DNA of 54,300 nt from Octopus bimaculoides (taxonomy: Eukaryota): NCBI RefSeq assembly GCF_001194135.2, contig NC_068985.1, positions 102,228,186-102,282,485 of the forward strand, read 5' to 3'. Shown in pieces: positions 13,632 through 24,077 of the stretch. A program made the position numbers and the translations under genes. The notes under the pieces are model-generated. The model searched no databases. It was not told the DNA's origin and saw only the letters and a list, made by a program, of their open reading frames with translations. Each line of letters begins with the position of its first letter. The stretch's first letter is position 1.

Positions 13632-14149
13632 AATTAATGAAAATAGAATGACGATAACAGAAGTAAAACTGATTTGGAAACTGGATTGTGATCGACTACA
13701 TAGAAAATGTGGTGAGAAAGCAAATTGATTACCATAATTACGAACTAGGATAAGGGCATAGTAGCATCACAAAATATTTTTAAATAATACTCGTGTTAAT
13801 ACATTATTGATATTACAGCGCTAAAGTATCGATAGGAAAGTATTATATATCAAATAATAGGGTGTAACTTGATTTATTTGAGTTTATTTATCTTGCATAG
13901 GGTCCATGATGATGTTTATCGTCTGACTGACTTTTTTTTTACCATCGGTACATTTCTTCTCTTCACTGATTTTATTCAATCCTCAATAAATATATCAAGT
14001 TTATGTCCGTTTGTAATTTTGATATCAGCAACCATCGTTATTTTCAGATACATTCACGAAGTTACTTGCAGAAGAAGATCAATTTGTTTTAGGATATACG
14101 AATATCAGAAAATTGAAATCCGATGTACAAGATTTTGATATATATATGA

Positions 14150-14491
14150 GGAGACGCGCTTCGGTCAAGAATGACCATGGGATTGTACCTAGAAAGTTAC
14201 CCTCTGAGGCACAAGTCATGGCAAGGGTGTTTATGGAAGATCAGTGATTGCCCATGCATACCAGCCTCCCCTCTCCACACCACTGATGTTCTCCAAGAGA
14301 AAGGAAAAGGGGCCGATACAGTGGTCTTGGTACCAGTGATGTCGAAACTCATTTCTACAGCTTAGTTAACAGGAGCAACGTGAAATAAAGTGTTTTGCAC
14401 AAGAACACAACACGCAGCCTGGTCCGAATATGAACTCACAACTTCAGAATGGTAAGCTCGGCGCTCTAATCACTGAGCCATGCGCCTTCAC
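14150..14491 (-). mobile_element. SINE family C, near full length, tRNA-derived head
   Basis: Minus strand head ggcgcatggctcagtgattagagcg (A box) ... gagttcatattc (B box), then a CORE-like gtgttgtgttcttgtgcaaaacactt; no tRNA acceptor stem or CCA. Confidence 0.75.
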
Positions 14492-14496
14492 ACACA

Positions 14497-14552
<56 letters not shown>

Positions 14553-15362
14553 TACATATATATATATATATATCTGTAATACTATATGTGACAAATGTTG
14601 CCATAATAAANNNNNNNNNNNNNNNNNNNNNNNNNNNNNNNNNNNNNNNNNNNNNNNNNNNNNNNNNNNNNNNNNNNNNNNNNNNNNNNNNNNNNNNNNN
14701 NNNNNNNNNNNNNNNNNNNNNNNNNNNNNNNNNNNNNNNNNNNNNNNNNNNNNNNNNNNNNNNNNNNNNNNNNNNNNNNNNNNNNNNNNNNNNNNNNNNN
14801 NNNNNNNNNNNNNNNNNNNNNNNNNNNNNNNNNNNNNNNNNNNNNNNNNNNNNNNNNNNNNNNNNNNNNNNNNNNNNNNNNNNNNNNNNNNNNNNNNNNN
14901 NNNNNNNNNNNNNNNNNNNNNNNNNNNNNNNNNNNNNNNNNNNNNNNNNNNNNNNNNNNNNNNNNNNNNNNNNNNNNNNNNNNNNNNNNNNNNNNNNNNN
15001 NNNNNNNNNNNNNNNNNNNNNNNNNNNNNNNNNNNNNNNNNNNNNNNNNNNNNNNNNNNNNNNNNNNNNNNNNNNNNNNNNNNNNNNNNNNNNNNNNNNN
15101 NNNNNNNNNNNNNNNNNNNNNNNNNNNNNNNNNNNNNNNNNNNNNNNNNNNNNNNNNNNNNNNNNNNNNNNNNNNNNNNNNNNNNNNNNNNNNNNNNNNN
15201 NNNNNNNNNNNNNNNNNNNNNNNNNNNNNNNNNNNNNNNNNNNNNNNNNNNNNNNNNNNNNNNNNNNNNNNNNNNNNNNNNNNNNNNNNNNNNNNNNNNN
15301 NNNNNNNNNNNNNNNNNNNNNNNNNNNNNNNNNNNNNNNNNNNNNNNNNNNNNNNNNNNNNN

Positions 15363-15399
<37 letters not shown>

Positions 15400-15400
<1 letters not shown>

Positions 15401-15548
15401 GGCGCGTTTCTTTTAGTTTCTGGCTGCCAAATCCACGCACGTAGCTATGATCAACCCGAGGCTATATTAGAAGACACTTGCCCAAGGTGCTATGCAGTGG
15501 GACTGAAAAAGGAACCATGTGGTTGGGAAGCAAGTTTCTTAGAACGCA
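15400..15548 (-). mobile_element. SINE family B, 5' half, ending in internal (TA)n and a gap
   Basis: Reverse complement aligns to 52860-53010 (aaccacatggttcc...cagtcccactgc...caccttgggcaagtgtcttc...gaaact). Confidence 0.85.
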
Positions 15549-15823
15549 TCATGTTATTGGAGTACGATTTCAAAATGATTAATCGCGACATTATTCAAGT
15601 GATGAATCTAGCAAAATTCATGAAGCACATATATACGCAATTTCTCTTCCTCTATCTGTTTGTAACCTCAAGATTTTTTAAGGAATCATCACTTTTTCAT
15701 GCATGCATAAAACTATACACACACCTACATACGCACACATAGATATTAACATATATATACGTTTTTCTGTGTGTGCGTGTGTGTGTTTGCTAGTGTTTGT
15801 GTTTTCATATACACACTCTCAAG

Positions 15824-16064
15824 GTATTATATTGATTCTTCTGCTGCCGAAGCTATTAAATACTTCAAAGAAAAATATAGTGAGAAGACTTGCAGAAAAA
15901 GATGACTGACCAAGTTAAGCGAGAGGGTTTTTAACCGCTGGATGGTGATAAATATAAAGGTTTTCTTTGATGGTTTGTCAAAAGACGAAAGGCTGAACGC
16001 TTTTACCACTTTTGCCAGCGCCATTAAAGGGAAAACGTGGATCAACTGTTATGAGTTAATGTGG
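15824..16064 (+). CDS. Candidate exon (241 nt) with one in-frame TGA: YYIDSSAAEAIKYFKEKYSEKTCRKR*LTKLSERVFNRWMVINIKVFFDGLSKDERLNAFTTFASAIKGKTWINCYELMW
   Basis: Acceptor ctctcaag|G, donor TGG|GTAAAT, fills a unique island between microsatellites; TGA at 15903-15905. May be a pseudo-exon, TE relic or chance. Confidence 0.3.
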
Positions 16065-16365
16065 GTAAATCCATCTTATATATATTTATATATCTTCGTG
16101 TGTGCATTTGTATGTGTATGTGTGATCGAGTGTATGTGTTTATATATATGTATATATATATATATATATATGTACATATGTATTTATAGTAATATATTTA
16201 CATATGCTTATATATGTACGTATGTGTATTGTGAGTGTGTGTGCGTGTATATGTTATCCTGTGTGAGTATAAATATTTATAAATGTGTATCACCGTTTTG
16301 TCCGTGTCTACACAACTTTTCTGTATGCGTATAATCCATTATGAAAACACCAACATTTGCTACAG

Positions 16366-16596
16366 TTGCATCCAGAATATAAAAAAATGTTGCAATCATA
16401 TGACAAAAAACGCCTTACAGCGTACGGCAACAATTTATCACTACAACATTATTCAGTTGGTATAGCTTTCTTTTCAATCTCATACGCTTTCTTGTTTAAT
16501 ATATCAAACTTCCTTATCGCTCGCATATTCATCACGAGAAAGAACCACAACGTTATCCATTACACACGGATTAGGGGCATCTTTATCCGTTGTTGA
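16366..16596 (+). CDS. Candidate following exon: LHPEYKKMLQSYDKKRLTAYGNNLSLQHYSVG, continuing into a hydrophobic tail to the stop at 16596
   Basis: Acceptor ttgctacag|, phase 0 matches 16064 across a 301-nt intron; frame open to TGA; weak alternative donor at 16460. Confidence 0.25.
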   Translation: MHPEYKKMLQSYDKKRLTAYGNNLSLQHYSVGIAFFSISYAFLFNISNFLIARIFITRKNHNVIHYTRIRGIFIRC

Positions 16597-17408
16597 TGAC
16601 TGAAGTTAGACTGTTTGAAATTTTTGACAATTATTATAGAGAAATTTTGTTTGATGAATCAAAATGCTTCTTTTTAATAATTCCTCATCTTTGGATCAAT
16701 ACGACATTTAATGGCGCTATTATACTCATTTTAGCATCAGCATCATAATCACTAGAAACTTCATCATCAGTATCACCGTCTCTATCGCCACCAAAGATCT
16801 CTTTTAGCAGTGTCTACGTACAGCACCTCTCTTTTGCTGTCAAGTCCCAATATATTAATGTCACATACTGTCAAAACAGGGTTCCAAAAGTCAATTTCTT
16901 AATTGGTTGTTCCCCATCTCCATTTATAGTTCAGCTGCTAATGTATCCAAGCTTTTGGCTTGTTTTGATTGACTTGATTTGTAATGGCATTTATCCTGTC
17001 CCACAGTAACCATCATTCTGTGCCTGTTCTGGTTTCTTCTCTTTTTGAAACTATTATGGTAATTTTTTTGTGATTATTACCATATTTCCACTTATTTTTT
17101 CCAATATGTTTTTGTATTTATTGTTTTTAATTATTGTTCACGTCAGACCTATTCTTGACTCTTTCAAAGAACGCATTCAATAGCTAAGGTATCACTCCCA
17201 ACACAATGATCAATGAGGACATACTGTCACACCGGATGATTCCTCACCTAATGTCACTTCACCTAAAATTTGATTTCCTGCTGTCAGTTTCGTACTCTAA
17301 TGTTCCCTTGGTTTTTGTCATTCATGATCATCGTATCACATCATCTGCTCAATAATATTCAATCTATGCCATGTTCAGATGTTTGTTGTTTTGCTCCTCC
17401 TGATGATG

Positions 17409-17410
<2 letters not shown>

Positions 17411-17478
<68 letters not shown>

Positions 17479-17490
17479 GTATAATAATAA
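17411..17490. repeat. (AAT)n microsatellite
   Basis: Direct reading. Confidence 0.95.
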
Positions 17491-17505
17491 CAGCAGCAAC
17501 AACAT

Positions 17506-17690
17506 GGCGCTGAGATGCCAGAGTTGTTAGCATGCCGGAGAAAATGGTTAGCGGCCTTTACGTTCTGAGTTCGACTTTGCCTTTCATTCTCTCGAGGTCG
17601 ATAAAATAAATACCAGTTGAGAATTGGGGGTCTATGAGATCGATTTACCTCCTCCTCGAAATGACTGGCCTTGTGCCAAACTTTTAAACC
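17506..17690 (+). mobile_element. SINE family A, internally deleted copy
   Basis: ttacgttctgagttcgactttgcctttcat...ggtcgataaaata...taccagttg...ggccttgtgccaaa. Confidence 0.85.
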
Positions 17691-17701
17691 GCTATATCCA
17701 A

Positions 17702-17880
17702 GGCGGCCACCTGGTAGAAATTTTAGCACGCTTGGAAAAATGCTTAGCGGCATTTCGTCCGTTTTCAAGTATTGAATTCAAATACCTTTCATCCTTTCTG
17801 GGTCGATAAAATAAGAACAATATGTAATCCATTTAACCCTCAACAATGCCGAATTTGCTGTGTCAAAATTTGAAACCGTC
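17702..17880 (+). mobile_element. SINE family A, diverged copy
   Basis: ggcggccacctggtagaaattttagcacgc...aaatgcttagcggcatttcgtcc...ggtcgataaaataag, tail tgtgtcaaaatttgaaacc. Confidence 0.8.
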
Positions 17881-18104
17881 ATTATTTTTAATATTATTAT
17901 TGAGTGAGAGAGGAGGTCATGCCATCAAAGTGACACTGGGGTAAAATATACGTATGTTAAAGGTACACCACACACATGAATCACAAAGATATGTGCTCGA
18001 TATGGTCATCTTGTATCAAGATAAACAGAACATGACCTTGCAGGTGGAGCTCAGTTAGAATTTTCTTCATTTGGAGTAGAAACAATTAAAATATATTTCC
18101 TCAG

Positions 18105-18262
18105 TTTCTACGTTCTGAGTTCAAATTTCGCCAAGGTCCACTTTGCCCTCCATCTTTTCGGGGTCGATAAATTTAGTACTAGTTATATACTGGTGTCGAT
18201 GTAATCGACAGCTCTCTTCCCCGAAAATTCCAGGCTCCTTGTGCCTTCAGTAGAAAGCATCA
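18105..18262 (+). mobile_element. SINE family A, 5'-truncated, followed by (ATT)n/(AGT)n
   Basis: cgttctgagttcaaatttcgccaaggtccactttgcc...gtcgatgtaatcgac...gtgccttcagtagaaag. Confidence 0.85.
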
Positions 18263-18284
18263 TTATTATTATTATTATTATTAT

Positions 18285-18325
<41 letters not shown>

Positions 18326-18376
18326 TCATCATCATTATTGTTATTAGTAGTAGTAATAGTAGTAATAGTAGCAGCA
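18262..18376. repeat. Compound (ATT)n-(AGT)n-(CAT)n-(AGC)n microsatellite
   Basis: Direct reading. Confidence 0.9.
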
Positions 18377-18800
18377 GCAGTTGCTGTTTCTGTTCTTAAT
18401 GGGTCACCAATGTCACGTTCCAGATTGCAGTCAACCTCACACAGACCCCCATCGCCATAGGACACCCCTACCATTTACTCACATTTTTTTTTGCCGTCCG
18501 ACGCAACGCTAGAGTTACATTCAATGAAAAACAATACATATAAAGGTAATATATAATTTCAAAAAGAAGTAAAAAAAATCCTGGCAGATTTATGACAAGC
18601 ATATCGTTCTGTTTTATAAAAAGGACCGTATGTTGGGTTTGTATGTTTTTCTACATCGTTACACAGTATGACTAACGAACGCTTTATTGATACTAAAACT
18701 ATTATTCAAAGGTTCGGCATTCATTCTGTTATCGTCTGCGTCCAAACAATTTTCCATTTATATTTCATAACCCAAGCTACAATTAGTTGAAGGTGATATA

Positions 18801-19423
18801 CAGGGTGTCCATAAAGTCTGGGTACATGGGGATTAACACATACTTTAAGAAATTATTATTTCTTATAATTAATTACTCTTTTACTCTTTTATTTGTTTCA
18901 GTCATTTGACTGCGGCCATGCTGGAGCACCGCCTTNNNNNNNNNNNNNNNNNNNNNNNNNNNNNNNNNNNNNNNNNNNNNNNNNNNNNNNNNNNNNNNNN
19001 NNNNNNNNNNNNNNNNNNNNNNNNNNNNNNNNNNNNNNNNNNNNNNNNNNNNNNNNNNNNNNNNNNNNNNNNNNNNNNNNNNNNNNNNNNNNNNNNNNNN
19101 NNNNNNNNNNNNNNNNNNNNNNNNNNNNTATATATACATATGTACGACGGGTTTCTTTCAGTTTCCGTCAAACCAAATCCACTCACAAGGCTTTGGTCGG
19201 CCAGAGGCTAAAGTAGAAGACACTTACTCAAGGTGCTACATGGGGATTAACACATACTTTAAGAAATTATTATTTCTTATATTTAATTGTTTATGTTATG
19301 ATTTTATTTACTCCATGTACCCACATGGGGATTTAAAAAATATTTTAAGAAATTATTTCTTACATTAATTGTTTATGCTATGATTTTATTTACTCCATGT
19401 GCCCAGACTTTGCGAACACCCTG
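18801..19423. mobile_element. Tc1/mariner-type MITE with TA target duplication, interrupted by a SINE
   Basis: TA|CAGGGTGTCCATAAAGTCTGGGTACATGG ... CCATGTGCCCAGACTTTGCGAACACCCTG|TA (25/29 TIR match); no transposase ORF. Confidence 0.85.
18873..19238 (-). mobile_element. SINE family B nested in the MITE (5'-truncated, gap inside)
   Basis: Tail ttactcttttactctttt, gactgcggccatgctggagcaccgcc, and tttcagtttccgtc..ccaaatccactcacaaggctttggtcgg match the reverse complement of 52845-53230. Confidence 0.9.
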
Positions 19424-19579
19424 TACATTTTAACTTAGGCATTCTTGTTGGTGTTGCTGTGGCTGTTGTAGTTGTTGATGCTGTTCTTGTTCTTGTTTTT
19501 TGTTGTTTGGTTGTTCAGGTGCATGCTGCCAATAGAGCAGGATAAAATTCTGCCCCCTCTCCCACCTTCGCTATAATCA

Positions 19580-19789
19580 CCGCCATCATCATCATCGCCG
19601 TGGCTGCCTCTGTTGTCATCGTCGTTACCAAGGAAATGCCATTAGTTTTATCTTGATATGAAATAAGCATTACCGGCATGCATGACCACCACCAACATCC
19701 TCATCATACTTACCATCAGCATCATCGTCGGCGTCATCGTCCTCTCTGTCGTCGTCTTCGTCGCATCATCATCGTCGTCGTCGTCGTCG

Positions 19790-19821
<32 letters not shown>

Positions 19822-19923
19822 GTCCACATCGTCACCATCTTCGTCATCGGCGTCCGTATATTACCACCGCCTCCTCCCACACACATGCTGCTAATGATGC
19901 TGATGGAGATGATGTTGATGGCA

Positions 19924-19973
<50 letters not shown>

Positions 19974-20060
19974 AGCAATGATGATGTTGATGGCAATGAT
20001 GAGGATGATGATGGCAATGATGGTGATGATGATGACGATGATGATTGCGATGATAACGAT
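19580..20060. repeat. (CAT/CGT)n tract followed by complementary (GAT)n tract
   Basis: Direct reading; explains the spurious 251-aa ORF 19678-20433. Confidence 0.9.
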
Positions 20061-20710
20061 GTTTTCTTTAGGTTATTTTCGGAGACATCATTATTGGTGT
20101 TTCTATTTTCTCTTGGTTTCCTCTTACTTTTTTTCTTTGTTTTTTTTTTTTACCTGCATTGTTGTTTATCTGTTTTATTCATGTCGTATTTTAGTAATTG
20201 AGTTGAGAAAATCAACAACTGATTGCAGTTTCCCTTTCAAACAAACAATAAGCATTCTCTTACTGCATTTTCTTGCTACATATATCTACACATCCACAGA
20301 CACTATTTTGACAGTTTCTCTCTCTTTCTCTCATAGAGTACTCTGTCTATCAATCTATCTCCCACTTCCTGTCAGTTTATTATCCGGCATACTTACGCAG
20401 ACGCAGAATCACTCGTATATTCCTCCAGAATAATCACATTTATGAACGCTGTTTCATTTAGGCAGTCGTTAACACACAACGCGTGTGCATGTTGCCAGCA
20501 GAAGCAGCAACACTTCCATACACACATATACAAACTATTCCAAATCCAGAAGGCAGGCAAGAATGCATGTATCTCTCTATGAATATATATGCATGTGTGT
20601 GCCCGTGTGTGTGTGTAGGTGAGAGAGACAGATAGAGCGAGAGAGAAAGAGAGGGAAAGAGAGAAATAGACAAACAAATACTCTAAGAAATTGAGAGATA
20701 GAAAAGTTGA

Positions 20711-20948
20711 AGGAGGAGAGCTAGCAGAAACGTTAACACTCCGGGCGAAATGCTTAGCGGTACTTCGTCTGCCGTTACGTTCTGAGTTCAAATTCCGCCC
20801 TGGTCGAATTTGCCTTTCATCCTTTCGGGATCCGATAATTTAAGTACCAGTTACGCACTGGCGTCAATGTAATCGACTTAATCCCTTTGTCGGTCCTGGT
20901 TTGTCCTCTCTACGTTTAGCCCCTTGTGGGCAATAAAGAAATAAGAAA
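20711..20948 (+). mobile_element. SINE family A, full-length, alternative 3' tail subfamily
   Basis: A-box ctagcagaaacgttaa, B-box gagttcaaattcc, core tttgcctttcatcctttcgg, tail atccctttgtc...agccccttgtgggcaataaagaaataag. Confidence 0.92.
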
Positions 20949-21032
20949 CACATGCCCCACGATGGCCTCATTCTCTGGCTGTAAAACAGTGATGGTAAAG
21001 TATATAAGTATGTATGCAAGTTATATGTATGT

Positions 21033-21123
21033 AGTTGCTTATTTTATCAACCCCGAAATGTAAAATCGACCTCAGCTGAATTTGAACACAGACCGTAAAG
21101 ACGGACGAAATGCTGCTAAACAC
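21033..21123 (-). mobile_element. SINE family A, partial, inverted orientation
   Basis: Reverse complement: tttagcagcatttcgtccgtctttacggtctgtgttcaaattcagctgaggtcgatttt...ggggttgataaaataag. Confidence 0.8.
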
Positions 21124-21436
21124 GTGTGTGGAAGACGTAGAATAGGGGAAGGAGTAATGTATTTTGGCCTTCGCTTCTCTGTCGAATATGATACAAGTTC
21201 TTATCTTATCTAAAATATGATGCTGAGTAATAATGGTGTTGGTTTTACTGTTGCACACTTCGTTTCTGTTCAAGCTAAGTTGAATAATTCTGCATGATGA
21301 TGTTCTGTACATAAATATATTTGAACTATTTGAATCATGGAGAAGAAACACAGCTCTAGAAGTAACTATTATTTTCCTTTTTTTTAATCAGACAGTTCTG
21401 GACCGTATCGCACACCATTAATTCTATTATTATTAT

Positions 21437-21643
21437 TCGGCGAACAAGCAGAATCGTTAACACTCTGGGCAGCATGTTTAGTGGCATTTCCTCCGTCTTT
21501 AAGTTCTAAGTTCAAACTAAGCTGAGGTCGACTTTGCATTTCGAGGTTGATAAAATGAGCACCAGTCTAGCTGTAGGGTCAATGTATTGGACTAGCCACC
21601 CCTACTCCTGAACATGCTGGCCTTCTACAAATATTTGAAACCA
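21437..21643 (+). mobile_element. SINE family A, diverged
   Basis: gcagaatcgttaacac...gctgaggtcgactttgc...ggttgataaaatgagcaccag...tttgaaacca. Confidence 0.8.
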
Positions 21644-21654
21644 ATGTCTGGTTT

Positions 21655-21862
21655 GGCGACGAATTGTCAGAATCGATAGCGTGTCGCACAAAACGTTTGG
21701 TGACATTTCTGCCGGCTTTTTATAACCTGAGTACAAAATACCGCCAAGATGAACATCGATTTCGTTCCTTTAGGGGTCGATAAAACAAAGTACCAATCAA
21801 ATAATGGGTTCGATGAAATCGTCTTTCCTCCTTCCTGTCAAAACACTGTCCTTAAGCGAAAA
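21655..21862 (+). mobile_element. SINE family A, highly diverged
   Basis: ggcgacgaattgtcagaatcgatagc...ttcgttcctttaggggtcgataaaacaaagtacca. Confidence 0.7.
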
Positions 21863-22774
21863 TTAATCAAAATTATAATCGCCATCGTCGTGGTCGTGAA
21901 CATCACCATCATTATCATCATCATCATCACCAACACCGCCATCAGCATCATCATAATTGTCACATTATATTCATATACTTTTTTCTGCTAATCGGATCGC
22001 AGTCATCGATGCACGTCTTTTTATGATTGATTTTTAGCATGCCTAATATTATTATTGACATCATTTTGATAAGCTGCTATTCTTTTGCACAGTAATTTCA
22101 TCTATAAGAATACATGGGACAAACAAGGGAGGAAAATGTTGGTAAAAGCTTCAGTATCCAGCTTCGACGGACCCCCTAATTTATCGTTTAACTTATTAAA
22201 AGTATGCAATAGCAGTCGATAAAATTATTTTACTAACTACACCAATGGTGCTTATTTAGTAAAGTGTAAATTTTATTCTTTATTAGTTCATTTATGCTTT
22301 AATATTTCGAAATTTTATTCATTTTGTTTCTTTTTCTCTTTTTCGGGTAAGTGCTTTCACTGTTTCGTCGTATTTCTAAAACACGCTTGATATGGTAAGT
22401 ACCTAATTCATATATATATATATATATATACTTGTACATTTTTCACGTCTCTGCGTATAATTTAATTTTCCCGTTTGTCTTTATATAACGTTAACAGGAA
22501 ACTGTAAAGTTGGACCTGAGTTTCGAAGCTATTATAGTTCATAGTACATTCGTAACTATTATATTACAGTACAGCTTGTTGTCAAAGTTAGATCTTTTAA
22601 GCTTATAAGGGCCGATCCTAACTACAGATGTCTGAACGCTATGAGACATACATATTTTAAAATATCTACGGCAATTAAATGTGTATCTACAAAAGTTTTT
22701 ACTATAGGAAAGAGTGTCTTCATTCTAAATGTTTCTGTTTATATTGTTAAAAGCTTGCAATTGGAAAGGAAGCA

Positions 22775-22910
22775 TCAATGGTTAACAGATTCGGATTCTG
22801 AGTCGTAGAATTCTGGGCCCAGACAAATTGTAAAACACTTTGAGCATGTGGTTTCAGCTATAGAACCATAACCGCTAGTTGACCAACACTTTTAGAGTGG
22901 AACTGCACAA
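22775..22910 (+). mobile_element. Possible highly decayed SINE family B fragment
   Basis: Weak similarity only (cactttgagcatgtg, gctatagaacc, ttgaccaacacttt..gagtggaactg). Confidence 0.3.
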
Positions 22911-23890
22911 GTATAAAATGTGAGAGTTTATGTATATAATATACATGTGTGTGAACGCATGTGTGAATGCGTGTGTGTGTATTCCTCGGCCAGGCAACGC
23001 TGCACAAATATATATCGATCTATTTGTCCCACTCACGTTTCAGAGACGTTCACTTGTAACTGTCGCAACAGAAAATACATTAAACTCTTTTATTGATCCT
23101 TTGTTAAATGTGTAATCAATGACTCTAGCGTTCAGTGAATGTGACATAAAATATATAAGCCGTATCGCAGTTGACATGCGCTATAGATACATATAATCTA
23201 GTCCGACATTCACCAACACTATCACACAACAACTGAATATAACATGTAATCGAAATATCAGACTATCCTAATGCTCTTTTGGTGAGGCTAACGGAAAGAC
23301 ACTTCAATCATTAAATGAAAGTATTGCAGTTAGCACTCACTTTGATCAGATTTCATTCCCACTGGACTATGTCTCACGTAAATGTCACAGTTCTCCTTAC
23401 TGAATTCCCACCTGTTATTCAATGTAACAATCCATTATATACATTCAACACCCACATACATTAACCATTTGCAACACATAAATGTTACATTGTTTCTGAT
23501 TATTTCACCTTTTGCCTACTATTTCTGAACAGAATGTTGTCATTTACATTTATGACATTTTCTTTTACAAAAGGTTAAGCGTGCAAGCTGCATTCAATAT
23601 AAGCACGAATTCTTTAAATAACCATGGTTGATCTAATTAAATTGATTAATATGATGTTCTTTCGTTTTTGAGTTTCTCTACTATATACGTGCTAGAGCAT
23701 CTCGCTATTTAGTTATAATAAACCATATTAATATTCACTGCTTTCGAGTGTATAGTCTTTTGTTCTTGAATTGTTTCCTACAAAATATTGCATCGCAGAT
23801 ACTAGATTTTCAAATGTATGCATACAATCGTTTGAAGTTCTGGGTTTGTGTGAGGGGTGAAGGTACTATTTGAATGTTTTACAATATACT

Positions 23891-24077
23891 AATTTCAAAA
23901 CTTTGAACAAGGCCTGCAATTTCGTGGGAGGGGATGCTCAAAGAGATTGACCGCAGTGCTTCCAAAAAAGGAAATGTGAAATCGACGTCGATGAAATTTG
24001 ACCTCAAACACGTAAAGATACACAAAGAACCACGATGCATTTTACCCAGCATGCTAGCGATTCTACCAGCTCGCCAC
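23891..24077 (-). mobile_element. SINE family A, full-length diverged
   Basis: Reverse complement starts gtggcgagctggtagaatcgctagcatgctggg..., ends cctcccacgaaattgcaggccttgttcaaagttttgaaa; explains ORF 23934-24197. Confidence 0.8.

Noticed and set aside
16760-17060. Possible decayed RTE-like LINE on the minus strand (AKSLDTLAAEL resembles KAPGxDGIxAEL; DTAKRDLWWR)
   Set aside because: Only two short motifs with stops and frameshifts; not enough to call.
17901-18070. Segment recalled as a common Octopus interspersed repeat, ending in (AAT) on the minus strand
   Set aside because: Single copy in the window; cannot be supported from this sequence alone.
19678-20433. 251-aa ORF with poly-His/Val/Ile/Met
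   Set aside because: Entirely a translation of (CAT)n/(GAT)n repeats and T-rich DNA; no splice or homology support.
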